DNA of 32,000 nucleotides from Pseudoalteromonas tetraodonis (GTDB lineage Bacteria; Pseudomonadota; Gammaproteobacteria; Enterobacterales; Alteromonadaceae), in the NCBI RefSeq assembly GCF_002310835.1, contig NZ_CP011041.1, positions 1,320,001 through 1,352,000 of the forward strand, read 5' to 3'. A model generated the notes under the pieces. That model saw only the letters and a program-made list of their open reading frames with translations, did no database searches and had not been told where the DNA came from. Of the stretch, positions 17,742 through 27,221 are shown piece after piece; within the stretch, counting starts at the first letter, position 1, and each line of letters starts with the position of its first letter. The translations under genes were made by a program, and so were the position numbers.

Positions 17742-17906
17742 GTAATACCTAAGTTAGTGATCCTTAAAAATTATACTGCATTTTTAGCAGAATAATTATC
17801 GTTATGACTGTTTCAGCGTATTTTTACTTAAAATGTGGCTGTTAACTTTATATCGCTCCAAGAAGATAAATAAGTAAGTGGCAAATTATTACGCTACAGT
17901 ACGTTG

Positions 17907-18788
17907 TTATCGACGCACGTCTTTTGGTGCGCCACCTTTTGGCCAGTCATCCGCTTTATTGGCAAAAATAGGGCGTTCTAAATGTGAAAAGTAATAAGCA
18001 ATATCAATAGCTTGTTGCTCGGTTAACATGCCTTCTTGGCCCAATGGCATATTTCCTTTAATAAATGCCGCTGCGGTGTAAGTGCGTGCCATACCTGCAC
18101 CATCATTAAACGACTGACTGCCGGCAATGGCTGGGAACATGTAAGTATTATTAGGATATAAGCCTTGACCGTCTAGTTGGTGACAACTTGCACAGTGCTG
18201 AACGTAAAGAGTTTTTCCGTTATCGGCGTTTGGTATTAGCTCTTTATTAATAGCGACAAAGCCCGTGTTTCCTTGCAGGTCGTCTTTGGTTTTTATATTT
18301 TGTGATAAAAAGTTCATGTAGCTGACAATAGCCTGCATTGGCACTGAATTAGTAGGCAGTGGCTGACCGTTCATTGAGCGTTGAAAACAGCCGTTAATTC
18401 TGTCTTCAATGGTGTTTATTTGTGCATTGCGAGAGCGATATTTAGGGTATACCACATTCATGCCCACATAAGGCGCGGCTTTGGCTACACGCCCTTCATT
18501 AAGATGGCAAGTGCTACAATTGAGCTTATTATTTACGTTATTGGGAAGTTGTTTATAGGTATCAATAATTAATAAGCGCCCATAACGAATTAAATCCGAC
18601 TCAGGGCTGGCATCGAGCTCATTAATAGCGGGCGTTACTAGGGTGTTAGGGTGATTTGCTGATAAGTTTATAATTGTGGGCGCATTACTTAACGCTTTTT
18701 GCACGAGTGATTGTGTTTGCGCTTCTTGTGAGCATACGGGCAAAGTAAATAACGTCGCGAATACAACACTAAAATGAACTTTAAACAT
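17907..18788 (-). CDS. tsdA: Periplasmic diheme cytochrome c, TsdA-like (putative thiosulfate dehydrogenase/tetrathionate reductase)
   Basis: 293 aa with a signal peptide and two CxxCH motifs (CSTCH, CASCH). A conserved Cys in RINGCFQRSMNG lies about 40 aa after heme 1, which is the candidate His/Cys ligation. A K-G-N-M-P motif follows heme 2, matching the Lys/Asn/Met ligand region described for TsdA enzymes. Confidence 0.6.
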   Translation of the reverse strand: MFKVHFSVVFATLFTLPVCSQEAQTQSLVQKALSNAPTIINLSANHPNTLVTPAINELDASPESDLIRYGRLLIIDTYKQLPNNVNNKLNCSTCHLNEGRVAKAAPYVGMNVVYPKYRSRNAQINTIEDRINGCFQRSMNGQPLPTNSVPMQAIVSYMNFLSQNIKTKDDLQGNTGFVAINKELIPNADNGKTLYVQHCASCHQLDGQGLYPNNTYMFPAIAGSQSFNDGAGMARTYTAAAFIKGNMPLGQEGMLTEQQAIDIAYYFSHLERPIFANKADDWPKGGAPKDVRR

Positions 18789-19086
18789 AATTAAAACCTA
18801 AATAAAAAAGAGTATTTAAACGACAGTGCTCATTATTGCTGCAATGTGGCTAAGTGTTTTTAATACCGCTGAATTGGTAAGATGAATCAGTAAACCGTGA
18901 CCCGCTATCATAAAAATATAGTTAATGATTACTTAAAGGGTTAATAATTTAGTTAGTTTAATTATTGAACAGCAGTGCTTAGGTGGAGGTGTTATTAGTT
19001 TGTGATTAATTTATATAAGTTTGGTATGCATAGCCAAATGATTATGAACCATAACGCTATGCAAAGTGAGGTGTTTTTTGACTATT

Positions 19087-20199
19087 TTATTTACAGTTAT
19101 AATCCATAATTTTGTGTGATAAAGCGCTAAGTATGTCCACTACTTTAAAACTTGCTTGCTCCATAAGAGATACTTTTTCTACAGCAGTATTGATATCGCC
19201 TAATTGGAATGCTTCTAAAGCAGCAAAGCCATTCTTATGGACATCTTCATGTGGTTGCTCTAATGCTTTAAAGTCGTTAATGCTTGAATATTTTAATGCA
19301 CCTTCACCTTGGTAATACCATTTACCTAAACGACACATGGTATGATCAGAAAAGTCTTCTGCAGTCTTATTTGATTGCCCTAAAATGACTTTATAAATAT
19401 CGTATTTCCATACAATGTGATCCATTTTTACTGTTTGAATAAATGCATCGGCACTTGAATTAACAATAACGCTATACATATTTTGTGATAGTTCAACCAC
19501 CTTTTTAGCGGTAGCATCAATTTCTGATGAGCTATTTGCAATGCCATCACTTTCTTCGCTAACGTTAGTAATGTTAGTTACAACGCTTTGCATTTGCTCA
19601 TTGACCTTAGCTATTAAATTAGAGATCTCGTTAGATGCATCAGAAGAGCGCTGAGCGAGCGTTCTTACTTCATCTGCCACAACAGCAAAGCCTCGTCCTT
19701 GCTCTCCGGCTCTAGCGGCCTCGATGGCCGCATTAAGTGCAAGTAAATTTGTTTGATCAGAAATCCCTTTAATTATGTTTACAAAATCATTAATTCCGAT
19801 TGTTACTGACTGCAATTCTTTAACGGATTTAGTGGCTGATTTTGTATCTCTTGAGATATTATGTGTTGACGATGAAGTCGTTGCTAACATATCTAAAATT
19901 GTATCAAGTAATTCTTGGGATGACTTAAATGACGTAATATCATTAATTAGTTTATGTGAAGTTGAGGCTAAGCTTTCTCTGATGTCACTAATTAAATCAG
20001 ATGACTGTAATGATAATGTGTTTAATTCACGCTGTTTTACAAAGGCTGTATCATTTGCTATTTCATTGTCGTTTTGTTGTGATTGCTCGCTGTTTGCTGC
20101 TAACAATTGCGCTTCAAGCTTTTCATTGGTTTTTTTTAATTGAATTAACTCGTTATTTAACTCATTAATTTTGTTTTTATATTTTGAATTGAACAGCAT
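19087..20199 (-). CDS. Soluble methyl-accepting chemotaxis protein with a C-terminal CZB (chemoreceptor zinc-binding) domain, TlpD-like
   Basis: 370 aa with no TM segment. The signalling hairpin is [38 protein letters not shown] signatures are HIVWKYDIY...[11 protein letters not shown]...HEDVH. Confidence 0.85.
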   Translation of the reverse strand: MLFNSKYKNKINELNNELIQLKKTNEKLEAQLLAANSEQSQQNDNEIANDTAFVKQRELNTLSLQSSDLISDIRESLASTSHKLINDITSFKSSQELLDTILDMLATTSSSTHNISRDTKSATKSVKELQSVTIGINDFVNIIKGISDQTNLLALNAAIEAARAGEQGRGFAVVADEVRTLAQRSSDASNEISNLIAKVNEQMQSVVTNITNVSEESDGIANSSSEIDATAKKVVELSQNMYSVIVNSSADAFIQTVKMDHIVWKYDIYKVILGQSNKTAEDFSDHTMCRLGKWYYQGEGALKYSSINDFKALEQPHEDVHKNGFAALEAFQLGDINTAVEKVSLMEQASFKVVDILSALSHKIMDYNCK

Positions 20200-20428
20200 G
20201 TAGACCCCAATTTAAACACAGAAAATAAACGTATATTTTTTATTAAATTTACCTGAACATTGATTACTTTATTCGATTTTTTACAGGGGTGGAATTGACG
20301 TCCACCCAGGTCGATTTTTATAAAAGTAAGTTACAACACTATAATAGATGCTTTATAACCTTTTGGTAAATAAACTTTTCTTTTAATGCTTATAATAAGC
20401 TTGTTTAAGGTGAACACTGCTTTAGAAG

Positions 20429-20818
20429 TTAGTACTTCCTAATTGATTTACTCAACTGGGCTTGAAACTCATCAGGGAATAAAATTGTGCCGTCGTCTTC
20501 TTCGGTAGGGAACACGGCCACCAGTAAGTCGTCTTCTTCAAGGCCAGGTGTCCAGCGGCTAAACCAATCGTTTGTTGGAATTGCTTTAGGTGTACAGCCT
20601 TGCCATTCGCCGGTTGCCCAGGCTTGTGCGAACTCTCGTGTTGGCCATACCGGCACGCAATCGTCGTCCTCGTTAGTGAGCATTACGCAGCCGTCGTCAT
20701 CGTTTAAAATCCACACTTGCTTAAATTGCTGCACGGTTTCGTACATGTATGCGAGTCGTTTTTTTGCGCCAAGGCCTAAAATTACGTCGTCTTGCTTTGA
20801 TAAATTATCGGTGGTCAT
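20429..20818 (-). CDS. Small acidic protein, DUF2750-like
   Basis: 129 aa. VWILNDDDGCVMLTNEDDDCVPVWPTREFAQAW resembles DUF2750 as I recall it. The family name is from memory. Confidence 0.45.
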   Translation of the reverse strand: MTTDNLSKQDDVILGLGAKKRLAYMYETVQQFKQVWILNDDDGCVMLTNEDDDCVPVWPTREFAQAWATGEWQGCTPKAIPTNDWFSRWTPGLEEDDLLVAVFPTEEDDGTILFPDEFQAQLSKSIRKY

Positions 20819-20882
20819 TTTTGGCTCTCTCTCACTGTGGAGTATACAAAGAGCAGCGAGCTGCTGCGCTTTAAAATTTAGT

Positions 20883-21461
20883 TTAGCTGATGGCTGCTAG
20901 TAGCTCATTGGCTAGTTGGTTTAGTGCGTCGGGGTCTTGGTTTGTTAATGCGTAGGTGCGTAATCCATATATACCCATAACACAAAATCGTGCCAGCTCT
21001 ATGGCACTTCGGCCATTGGTAATTTCTTTATTATCAATTGCTTTTTGTAACTGCTGCGCAAAAGCATGCTCATATGCAGTTAAATTAGTACGCAATACGT
21101 GGCAAATTTGTGGATCGTTACCCTCTACCTCGCTAATGCTTTTTGTGAGCAGGCACACTTTGGTTGCTTCACCGTCAACGCATTCTTGCACAATGATATT
21201 AAGGTATTGTTTCAGCGTATCTAAAATACAACTGCTGTGCTCAAACAGAGCAGTAAATTGAGTATTGCGATCGGTTTGGTATTGCTCAGTAGCGGCTAAA
21301 AAAATGCCTTTTTTACTTCCAAATGCTGCGTATAACGAGCCCGGATGTAAATGGGTTGCTTGAGTCAGTTTTTGCATACTGGTTTTTGCATAACCGTGAA
21401 GCATAAACATCGCCATTGCTTGGCGCAGTACAAACTCTGTATCAAATTCTGCAGTTCTCAT
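20883..21461 (-). CDS. TetR/AcrR-family transcriptional regulator
   Basis: 192 aa with an N-terminal HTH (FMLHGYAKTSMQKLTQATHLHPGSLYAAFGSKKGIF). It is divergent from the flavin oxidoreductase gene. Confidence 0.85.
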   Translation of the reverse strand: MRTAEFDTEFVLRQAMAMFMLHGYAKTSMQKLTQATHLHPGSLYAAFGSKKGIFLAATEQYQTDRNTQFTALFEHSSCILDTLKQYLNIIVQECVDGEATKVCLLTKSISEVEGNDPQICHVLRTNLTAYEHAFAQQLQKAIDNKEITNGRSAIELARFCVMGIYGLRTYALTNQDPDALNQLANELLAAIS

Positions 21462-21552
21462 AATGACTCTTCTCGTTGGCAGAGTAGGTAAAGCGAACTT
21501 TCAGCAATAATCCTACCTTAAACAGCGTTTAGGTAAAGCAGTTTACGCAATC

Positions 21553-21619
21553 TTGAACAAAGTTTCAAAATTATACTTGAATATTCATTCAAGTGACCTT
21601 ATCTTGAATGTACATTCAA
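21553..21619. promoter_or_regulatory. Three TTGAA-N6-TTCAA palindromic operator-like sites
   Basis: The sites are ttgaa-caaagt-ttcaa (21553-21568), ttgaa-tattca-ttcaa (21577-21592) and ttgaa-tgtaca-ttcaa (21604-21619, a perfect 16-bp palindrome). Site starts are 24 and 27 bp apart. All lie between the TetR gene and the OYE gene. Confidence 0.65.
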
Positions 21620-21634
21620 CAAAGGATAAACATT

Positions 21635-22678
21635 ATGTCGATAGACTTACTTTCACCTTTTAAATTAAATAACAGCATTGAACTGCAAAACCGCGTACTA
21701 ATGGCACCACTAACTCGTTGTATGGCAGATGACAATTTAGTGCCTACACAAGCGATGGTTGATTACTACGCTCGCCGTGCTGATGTAGGATTAATTATTA
21801 GTGAAGCAATTATTATTCGTGCCGATGCACAAGGTTACCCAAATACACCGGGTATCTTCACTAATGAACAAGTTCAAGGTTGGAAAAAAGTCACTGACGC
21901 CGTGCATGCCAATGGCGGTAAAATGTTCGCGCAATTATGGCATGTTGGCCGTGTTGCTCACCCTCACTTTTTTGGTGGTGATGTTCTGGCGCCATCGGCG
22001 ATAGGGGTTGAAGGTTCAGTACCGCGTATGCGTGAGCTAACTTATATTACGCCAAAAGCTGCCACTAAAGATGATATTAAAGGCTTAGTGGCTGACTACG
22101 CTAAAGCGGCAGAAAACGCGATGGAAGCAGGTTTTGACGGCGTGGAAATTCATGGTGCTAATGGTTATTTAATTGACCAATTTTTACATTATGCGGCAAA
22201 TGAACGTGATGACGAGTACGGGCAAACACCAGAAAATATGTCTCGTTTTGCACTGGAAGTAACTGATGCCATTATTGATGTTGTAGGCAATGAGCGTACC
22301 GCTATGCGTTTAACACCAGGTGCCTACTTTAATATGAGCGAAGATAACCGTGATAAAGCAGTATTTGACTACTTATTACCAGAGCTTGAAAACCGCAAAC
22401 TAGCCTATCTACACGGCGGTATTTTTGACGACAGCATGCGTTTTGATTCACTAGAAGGTAAATCAACCTCTGAATTTTTACGAGCTGGTTATGCAAGTAC
22501 CTTAGTGGGTGTAGGTAGTTATAGTTTTGAAACTGCCAAACAAGCGATCAACGATAATAAATTTGATTTAATTGCCATTGGTCGCCCACTTATTGCTAAC
22601 CCAGATTACATTAGCAAAATTAAAAATGGTGAAGAAGTGACACCTTATAGTGATGAGATGCTTGCTGAGTTAGTTTAA
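21635..22678 (+). CDS. NADH:flavin oxidoreductase / alkene reductase of the Old Yellow Enzyme family (NemA-like)
   Basis: I prefer the start at ATG 21635 (MSIDLLSPFKL), which has AAGGA about 8 nt upstream. The track start at 21608 lies inside the operator palindrome. OYE hallmarks are MAPLTRCMA, QLWHVGR and VEIHGANGYLIDQFL. Confidence 0.85.
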   Translation: MSIDLLSPFKLNNSIELQNRVLMAPLTRCMADDNLVPTQAMVDYYARRADVGLIISEAIIIRADAQGYPNTPGIFTNEQVQGWKKVTDAVHANGGKMFAQLWHVGRVAHPHFFGGDVLAPSAIGVEGSVPRMRELTYITPKAATKDDIKGLVADYAKAAENAMEAGFDGVEIHGANGYLIDQFLHYAANERDDEYGQTPENMSRFALEVTDAIIDVVGNERTAMRLTPGAYFNMSEDNRDKAVFDYLLPELENRKLAYLHGGIFDDSMRFDSLEGKSTSEFLRAGYASTLVGVGSYSFETAKQAINDNKFDLIAIGRPLIANPDYISKIKNGEEVTPYSDEMLAELV

Positions 22679-22696
22679 GTTTTAAAGAGTTCTCAC

Positions 22697-22724
22697 TAAT
22701 AAGCCCACAAATGTGGGCTTATTA
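22697..22724. terminator. Bidirectional hairpin terminator between convergent genes
   Basis: taataagcccaca (22697-22709) pairs with tgtgggcttatta (22712-22724), and the flanks are A/T-rich on both sides. It sits between the OYE stop (22678) and the PAS-MCP stop (22738). Confidence 0.7.
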
Positions 22725-22737
22725 CTTAAAAGCGGAT

Positions 22738-24477
22738 TTATGAATCTATCTTTTTAGATAATTCTGCAAGCTCTTGAATTTTAGTAACCGTTTCTTTTAT
22801 GTAGCCGTTTATTTCTTCAGAAGATGCCTTTGAATTGCCTGCAAGAGTTCTTACCTCGTCAGCAACAACGGCAAAACCGCGTCCCATTTCACCTGCTCTT
22901 GCGGCTTCAATAGCAGCATTGAGTGCAAGTAAATTTGTTTGCTCTGATATTCCATTAATTGTTTCTACTATTTTGCTGATGGTTTGGCTTATATCTAATA
23001 ATTCTTTCATTGATATTTGAGTTTGATTAACTGCTTTTTTTCTTTCCGTTATGTTTAAACCTATAAACATATAACTAGTGGTTTGACCATTAACATCACG
23101 AAGAGCACATATTCTCGCATCAAAGGCACTGTATTGATTATTTTTTTCAAGTTCAAAAGTTTTTGAGATATGTTTGTTTTTGTCTAAAAATGCTCTTTCT
23201 TCAACGCTGAGATCAGAAATCAGATTTTTAGCAAACTCTTCTACAGAAAAATTGGGTTTTAATGCCGTTTTTAGTAATTCGTTACAATCAAGTACTTCAC
23301 CATGAAGAGACACTTGCAACATAGCTATAGACTCGCCGATAGTTTCTAGTTTGTTTGTGAAATCAAGCGCCATTTGCTTTACTTCAGATATATCAGCTTG
23401 AATTGCAATGTAATTTTCTAATTTCCCTTCTCTTATTACTGGGTTGATAGATAGCGAGGTCCAGTAAGCACTCCCCGATTTTTTATAGTTTAATATTTCT
23501 CCATAAAAAGGAGTTCGATTTTTAAGATGTGTGCGTATCGTTTCTATCATGTTTTTGTCAGAATCTTTGCCTTGTAAAAAACTGCCTGGTTTCTTACCTT
23601 TTACTTCACTTAAAGCGTATCCTGTTAAACGTTCAAATCCATTGTTTACATATTGAATATAGCCCTTAGGATCGGTGATTATTACCGCGTTGTCTGTTTC
23701 GTTTGCAACAAGTGACAACATCCGTTGTTCTTCTCTAGTTATTACCTCTTGCGTTACATCTTTGATAAAAGCTGTGTAAATAACGCGATTAGCTAATTTA
23801 ATTTTCGATAGCGATAATCGCCCCCACACGGTTGTTCCATCTTTGCGTTCAATTTCAACTACTCTACTGGTACCAACTATTTTATCGACACCTGTGTCTC
23901 GGTTTGCATTTACAAGCTCATCATGGTTATGTTGTATTGCATGGGGTACTAGCATTTTTACATTGTTTCCCATTACTTCTTGTTTACTGTAACCCCACAG
24001 TGTTTCTGCGGCTTTGTTATACAAAGTGATACAATTATTTTCATCAATACATACAACTGCATCAAGGGCTTGCTCTAACGATTGCTCATTGATTTCTTTT
24101 GCTTCACGCTCTGCTGATATATCTCTTATAAAAGCGGTGTAATGTTTGTTGTTATTTACTTTCACCTGAGAAAGCGCTAATTCGACCCAAATGCGACTTC
24201 CCGATTTAGTTTGTAACTCAACTTCTCGGTAGCTGCCAACAATTTTGTCTTGCCCGGTTTCTCTATGATGATTTACATAGTCGTCGTGGTTTGTTTTATG
24301 TTCGTCAGGGACTAGTTTTCGTATGTTGTGACCGAGTACTTCATCTTCTGTGTAGCCCCATAATTTTTGCGCGGCTTTGTTATAAAAGACAATATTGTTT
24401 TTTTCATCTATGGAAACAATTGCCGTAATAGACTGTTTTAATGCTTGCTCAGCGCTATTAGCGAAAAAATTAAACAT
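22738..24477 (-). CDS. Soluble PAS-domain methyl-accepting chemotaxis protein (three N-terminal PAS domains plus an MCP signalling domain)
   Basis: 579 aa with no TM segment. PAS1 and PAS2 are clear paralogues ([29 protein letters not shown] versus [29 protein letters not shown]). PAS3 contains [27 protein letters not shown]. The C-terminus is [35 protein letters not shown]. Confidence 0.85.
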   Translation of the reverse strand: MFNFFANSAEQALKQSITAIVSIDEKNNIVFYNKAAQKLWGYTEDEVLGHNIRKLVPDEHKTNHDDYVNHHRETGQDKIVGSYREVELQTKSGSRIWVELALSQVKVNNNKHYTAFIRDISAEREAKEINEQSLEQALDAVVCIDENNCITLYNKAAETLWGYSKQEVMGNNVKMLVPHAIQHNHDELVNANRDTGVDKIVGTSRVVEIERKDGTTVWGRLSLSKIKLANRVIYTAFIKDVTQEVITREEQRMLSLVANETDNAVIITDPKGYIQYVNNGFERLTGYALSEVKGKKPGSFLQGKDSDKNMIETIRTHLKNRTPFYGEILNYKKSGSAYWTSLSINPVIREGKLENYIAIQADISEVKQMALDFTNKLETIGESIAMLQVSLHGEVLDCNELLKTALKPNFSVEEFAKNLISDLSVEERAFLDKNKHISKTFELEKNNQYSAFDARICALRDVNGQTTSYMFIGLNITERKKAVNQTQISMKELLDISQTISKIVETINGISEQTNLLALNAAIEAARAGEMGRGFAVVADEVRTLAGNSKASSEEINGYIKETVTKIQELAELSKKIDS

Positions 24478-24784
24478 AGTGCAGCTACCTGTAATTAAAG
24501 CGTTAATAAAAAGATAGCCCAGAAAAAGCTGATTGCAAAATTGGTTTTTAACTTTGTATAAAACCGTGTTTTTGGGCTAAAAGTTATCACTTTATGGGCT
24601 CTTAACTCTTTATATCTAAGTTAAATAAGATTTTGATCAATTGCAGTTAGAAAGAGTGAGAAAATTTTATGACTTTAGAGAGTCCCTTGGCTTTTGGGTG
24701 CTGTTTTAGTCTGATTGCTCTTAATTACGATGTGCTTGATTTGATTACTTTACGTCATAATTAACTCATATTTGTTTAACCTGT

Positions 24785-24834
24785 TTGTCAATAAAATTGC
24801 CCCTCGTTGTCATACTTAAAAAATAGACTGTGCC
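24785..24834 (+). promoter_or_regulatory. Possible Pho-box-like direct repeats upstream of the TonB-dependent receptor
   Basis: TTGTCAA (24785-24791), TTGTCAT (24807-24813) and CTGTGCC (24828-24834) recur at 22- and 21-bp spacing. They resemble the CTGTCAT half-site. A -10-like cataat follows at about 24843. Confidence 0.3.
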
Positions 24835-24879
24835 CGCTTTCATAATTACCTTTTATAATTAGAATCAAATGGGACAACA

Positions 24880-27153
24880 ATGTACGCTTTAAAAAATAAA
24901 TCGATTTTGAGCATGGCTGTGGCCATGGCGGTATCAACTTCAGCTTATGCTAACGATAACGTGATAGAAGAAGTAACTGTTACTGCAAAACCAACCAGTT
25001 ATGCAAACAACGTTATTGAACCTGCGATGCTAGAACAACAAAGCTCGGTATCGAGTGTGTTATCGGTAATTGATAACTTGCCAGGGATTAGCATAAACGA
25101 AGGAGACGCATTTGGCGGCGACGATTGGTCAACAACCATTACCATGCGTGGTTTTAGTATTGACTCTAACCAACAACAATTAGGTATGACGATAGACGGC
25201 ATTCCTAATGGCGGTTCTAATTATGGCGGTGGTGCTAAAGCGAATCGTTACCTAGATAGCGAAAATCTTGTCACCGTGGAAGTAGGTCAGGGCACTTCAG
25301 ATATTAAATCAGCCTCGTTAGAGGCGCTAGGTGGTACTTTTAACTTTGTAAGTAAAGCACCGAGTTTAGATAAAAGCACCACCTTTGCTTATACCTCAGG
25401 CAGTCACGATGCTTCGCGCTATTATCTTAAGCACGAAACTGGCACCATTTTCGATAATACCCAAGCGTACGTGAGTTACTCACAAACTGATACCAGCCGC
25501 TGGATTGGCTCAGGCAGCAATGGCGGGAAAGATAACCAACATGCTGAAGCGAAATTTGTTACCACCCTTGATGAGCTAACTATTACAGGGCGCTTATCGT
25601 ATGACGATGTAAGCGAGAGCAACTACAATAGCGTGAGCCTAGAGCAATTTGAACAAACCCCTGATTGGGATCAGCTAACATGGAACTGGACAGGCGTTCC
25701 GCACTTTGACCAAATGTTTGCAGAAGGTTGGGGCACGCTGCGTGAAAACACTCTAGGGTATTTAAAGTTTGAATACGCGATTTCACCCACCTCATTGTTA
25801 ACCATTAGCCCTTATTATCATAAAAACTCAGGCCGAGGTGATTGGATCCCTCCTTATTTAACGTCCCCTGTAGATGAAAATAGTAATCCAACCACAGAAG
25901 GTGGCACAAACGCAGGCTCTTATGGCTTTACAGATAGTAATGGTAACCCACTTGCTCCCAATGCAGGTTGTACGGCTAGCTTAAACTGGCCGTGGGAGTC
26001 AGGCCCTGAGCTTAATCCTGCATGTTACGATGCTGATGCAACGCCAGTTATGTCTTATCGTCATACACATTATAATAAAGACCGTTTAGGGGTAACTGCT
26101 AATTATCAAGCAAGCATTGGCATGCACGATATTGAAGCCGGTTTTTGGTATGAGCAAAGCGACCGTGATGAGTCACGAGATTGGCATAAAGTTATAGATG
26201 CGCGCATTTATCATCACTTTGATAACACCCCTTATTGGACGCAATATAAAAACACCTTTGAGACCGATACGCTCAAATGGTACGCCCAAGACTCAATGTC
26301 ATTTGACGACTTAACTCTTAACCTAGGGGTTAAAAAGTACTTAGTAGACATAGAAAAGTATGACCATTATCAAAACGCCACCACAGCTAAAGTAAACAGT
26401 GATTCAGACCTTCTATTTAGTGGCGGTATTTTATATCAGTTAAACAGTAACACTGAGTTATTTACCAGCTACAGCGAAAACTTTGCCGCCATTAAAGATG
26501 GTGTGCTTGAGCGCGATAGCTCTGACTTGTCAGCTATTGAGCCAGAAACCGCAGAAAATATTGACCTGGGTGTACGCTATCAAAATAATGCACTTAAATT
26601 AACAGCAACGGCCTATTCAATTGAGTTTGATAACCGCATCACCTTTATAGCGCCAGGCAGCGACACCGGCGGTATAGACTACACCATAGGCACTAACGGC
26701 TCGTACCTCAATGTGGGCGGTATTGAATCCAAAGGTCTAGAGCTGTCAGCAAGTTATATGCTTAATAATGAGTGGAATGTATATAGCTCATACACCAATA
26801 ATAGCTCTGAATACAAAGGCGATGCGCCAGGCTTTGAAGCAGGAGGCAAAGTAATTGACTCAGTGGATGATTTATTTGTGCTATCAACCGATTACTACAG
26901 TGGCGATTTCCGCTTTGGTTTATCGGCTAAATACACCGGTGAGCGTGGCGATGTAGATAGCTACACCGTGCTTGATTTAAACGCAGGTTATGCAGCCGAA
27001 GTTAACGCAGGCCCGTTTAAAGCGGTTGATATTGCCTTTGTGGTTTATAACATTACCGATAAAAGTTATTTGGCAGGTGGTACGGGCAATGGGAGTACTT
27101 ACTTTATAGGCTCGCCACGCACAGCAGCGGTTACATTAACGGCTACTTTTTAA
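24880..27153 (+). CDS. TonB-dependent outer-membrane receptor
   Basis: 757 aa. It has a signal peptide ending in AYA, a TonB-box-like IEEVTVTA, a plug followed by a beta-barrel length, and a C-terminal aromatic residue (...TLTATF). Confidence 0.9.
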   Translation: MYALKNKSILSMAVAMAVSTSAYANDNVIEEVTVTAKPTSYANNVIEPAMLEQQSSVSSVLSVIDNLPGISINEGDAFGGDDWSTTITMRGFSIDSNQQQLGMTIDGIPNGGSNYGGGAKANRYLDSENLVTVEVGQGTSDIKSASLEALGGTFNFVSKAPSLDKSTTFAYTSGSHDASRYYLKHETGTIFDNTQAYVSYSQTDTSRWIGSGSNGGKDNQHAEAKFVTTLDELTITGRLSYDDVSESNYNSVSLEQFEQTPDWDQLTWNWTGVPHFDQMFAEGWGTLRENTLGYLKFEYAISPTSLLTISPYYHKNSGRGDWIPPYLTSPVDENSNPTTEGGTNAGSYGFTDSNGNPLAPNAGCTASLNWPWESGPELNPACYDADATPVMSYRHTHYNKDRLGVTANYQASIGMHDIEAGFWYEQSDRDESRDWHKVIDARIYHHFDNTPYWTQYKNTFETDTLKWYAQDSMSFDDLTLNLGVKKYLVDIEKYDHYQNATTAKVNSDSDLLFSGGILYQLNSNTELFTSYSENFAAIKDGVLERDSSDLSAIEPETAENIDLGVRYQNNALKLTATAYSIEFDNRITFIAPGSDTGGIDYTIGTNGSYLNVGGIESKGLELSASYMLNNEWNVYSSYTNNSSEYKGDAPGFEAGGKVIDSVDDLFVLSTDYYSGDFRFGLSAKYTGERGDVDSYTVLDLNAGYAAEVNAGPFKAVDIAFVVYNITDKSYLAGGTGNGSTYFIGSPRTAAVTLTATF

Positions 27154-27172
27154 ACCTAAAGTAACCTTATAT

Positions 27173-27196
27173 AAGCCCATCATCGATGGGCTTTTT
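27173..27196 (+). terminator. Rho-independent terminator after the TonB-dependent receptor gene
   Basis: aagcccatc (27173-27181), loop atc, gatgggctt (27185-27193), then a T5 run. Confidence 0.7.
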
Positions 27197-27221
27197 ACTA
27201 TATAAAGTTGATGAGAACACC

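Noticed and set aside
19685-19765. About 80 nt of similarity, including an identical 20-mer (agtgcaagtaaatttgtttg), between 19685-19765 and 22870-22950. This could look like a dispersed repeat.
   Set aside because: Both segments encode the universally conserved MCP signalling hairpin ([19 protein letters not shown]) of two chemoreceptor genes. This is protein-level conservation and not a mobile or regulatory repeat.
20290-20320. Hairpin gggtgga-attgacg-tccaccc as a possible terminator for the DUF2750-like gene.
   Set aside because: On the minus strand, which is the direction of the upstream gene, no T run follows the stem. On the plus strand there is no gene to terminate. I left it unannotated.
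21608-21634. Upstream ATG at 21608 for the OYE reductase, and similarly the track start at 10326 (an alternative start codon, shown as M by the track) for the mini-recombinase.
   Set aside because: Position 21608 lies within the perfect operator palindrome and has no Shine-Dalgarno site, whereas 21635 has AAGGA upstream. The 10326 start overlaps the DUF2787-like gene by 53 nt, whereas 10389 has AAGGAG 6 nt upstream.
27186-27221. Upstream ATG at 27186 (MGFLLYKVDENT...) as the start of the phosphodiesterase-like gene.
   Set aside because: That ATG sits inside the right arm of the terminator hairpin (27185-27193), and the extension has no signal-peptide character. The ATG at 27222 begins a canonical signal peptide.
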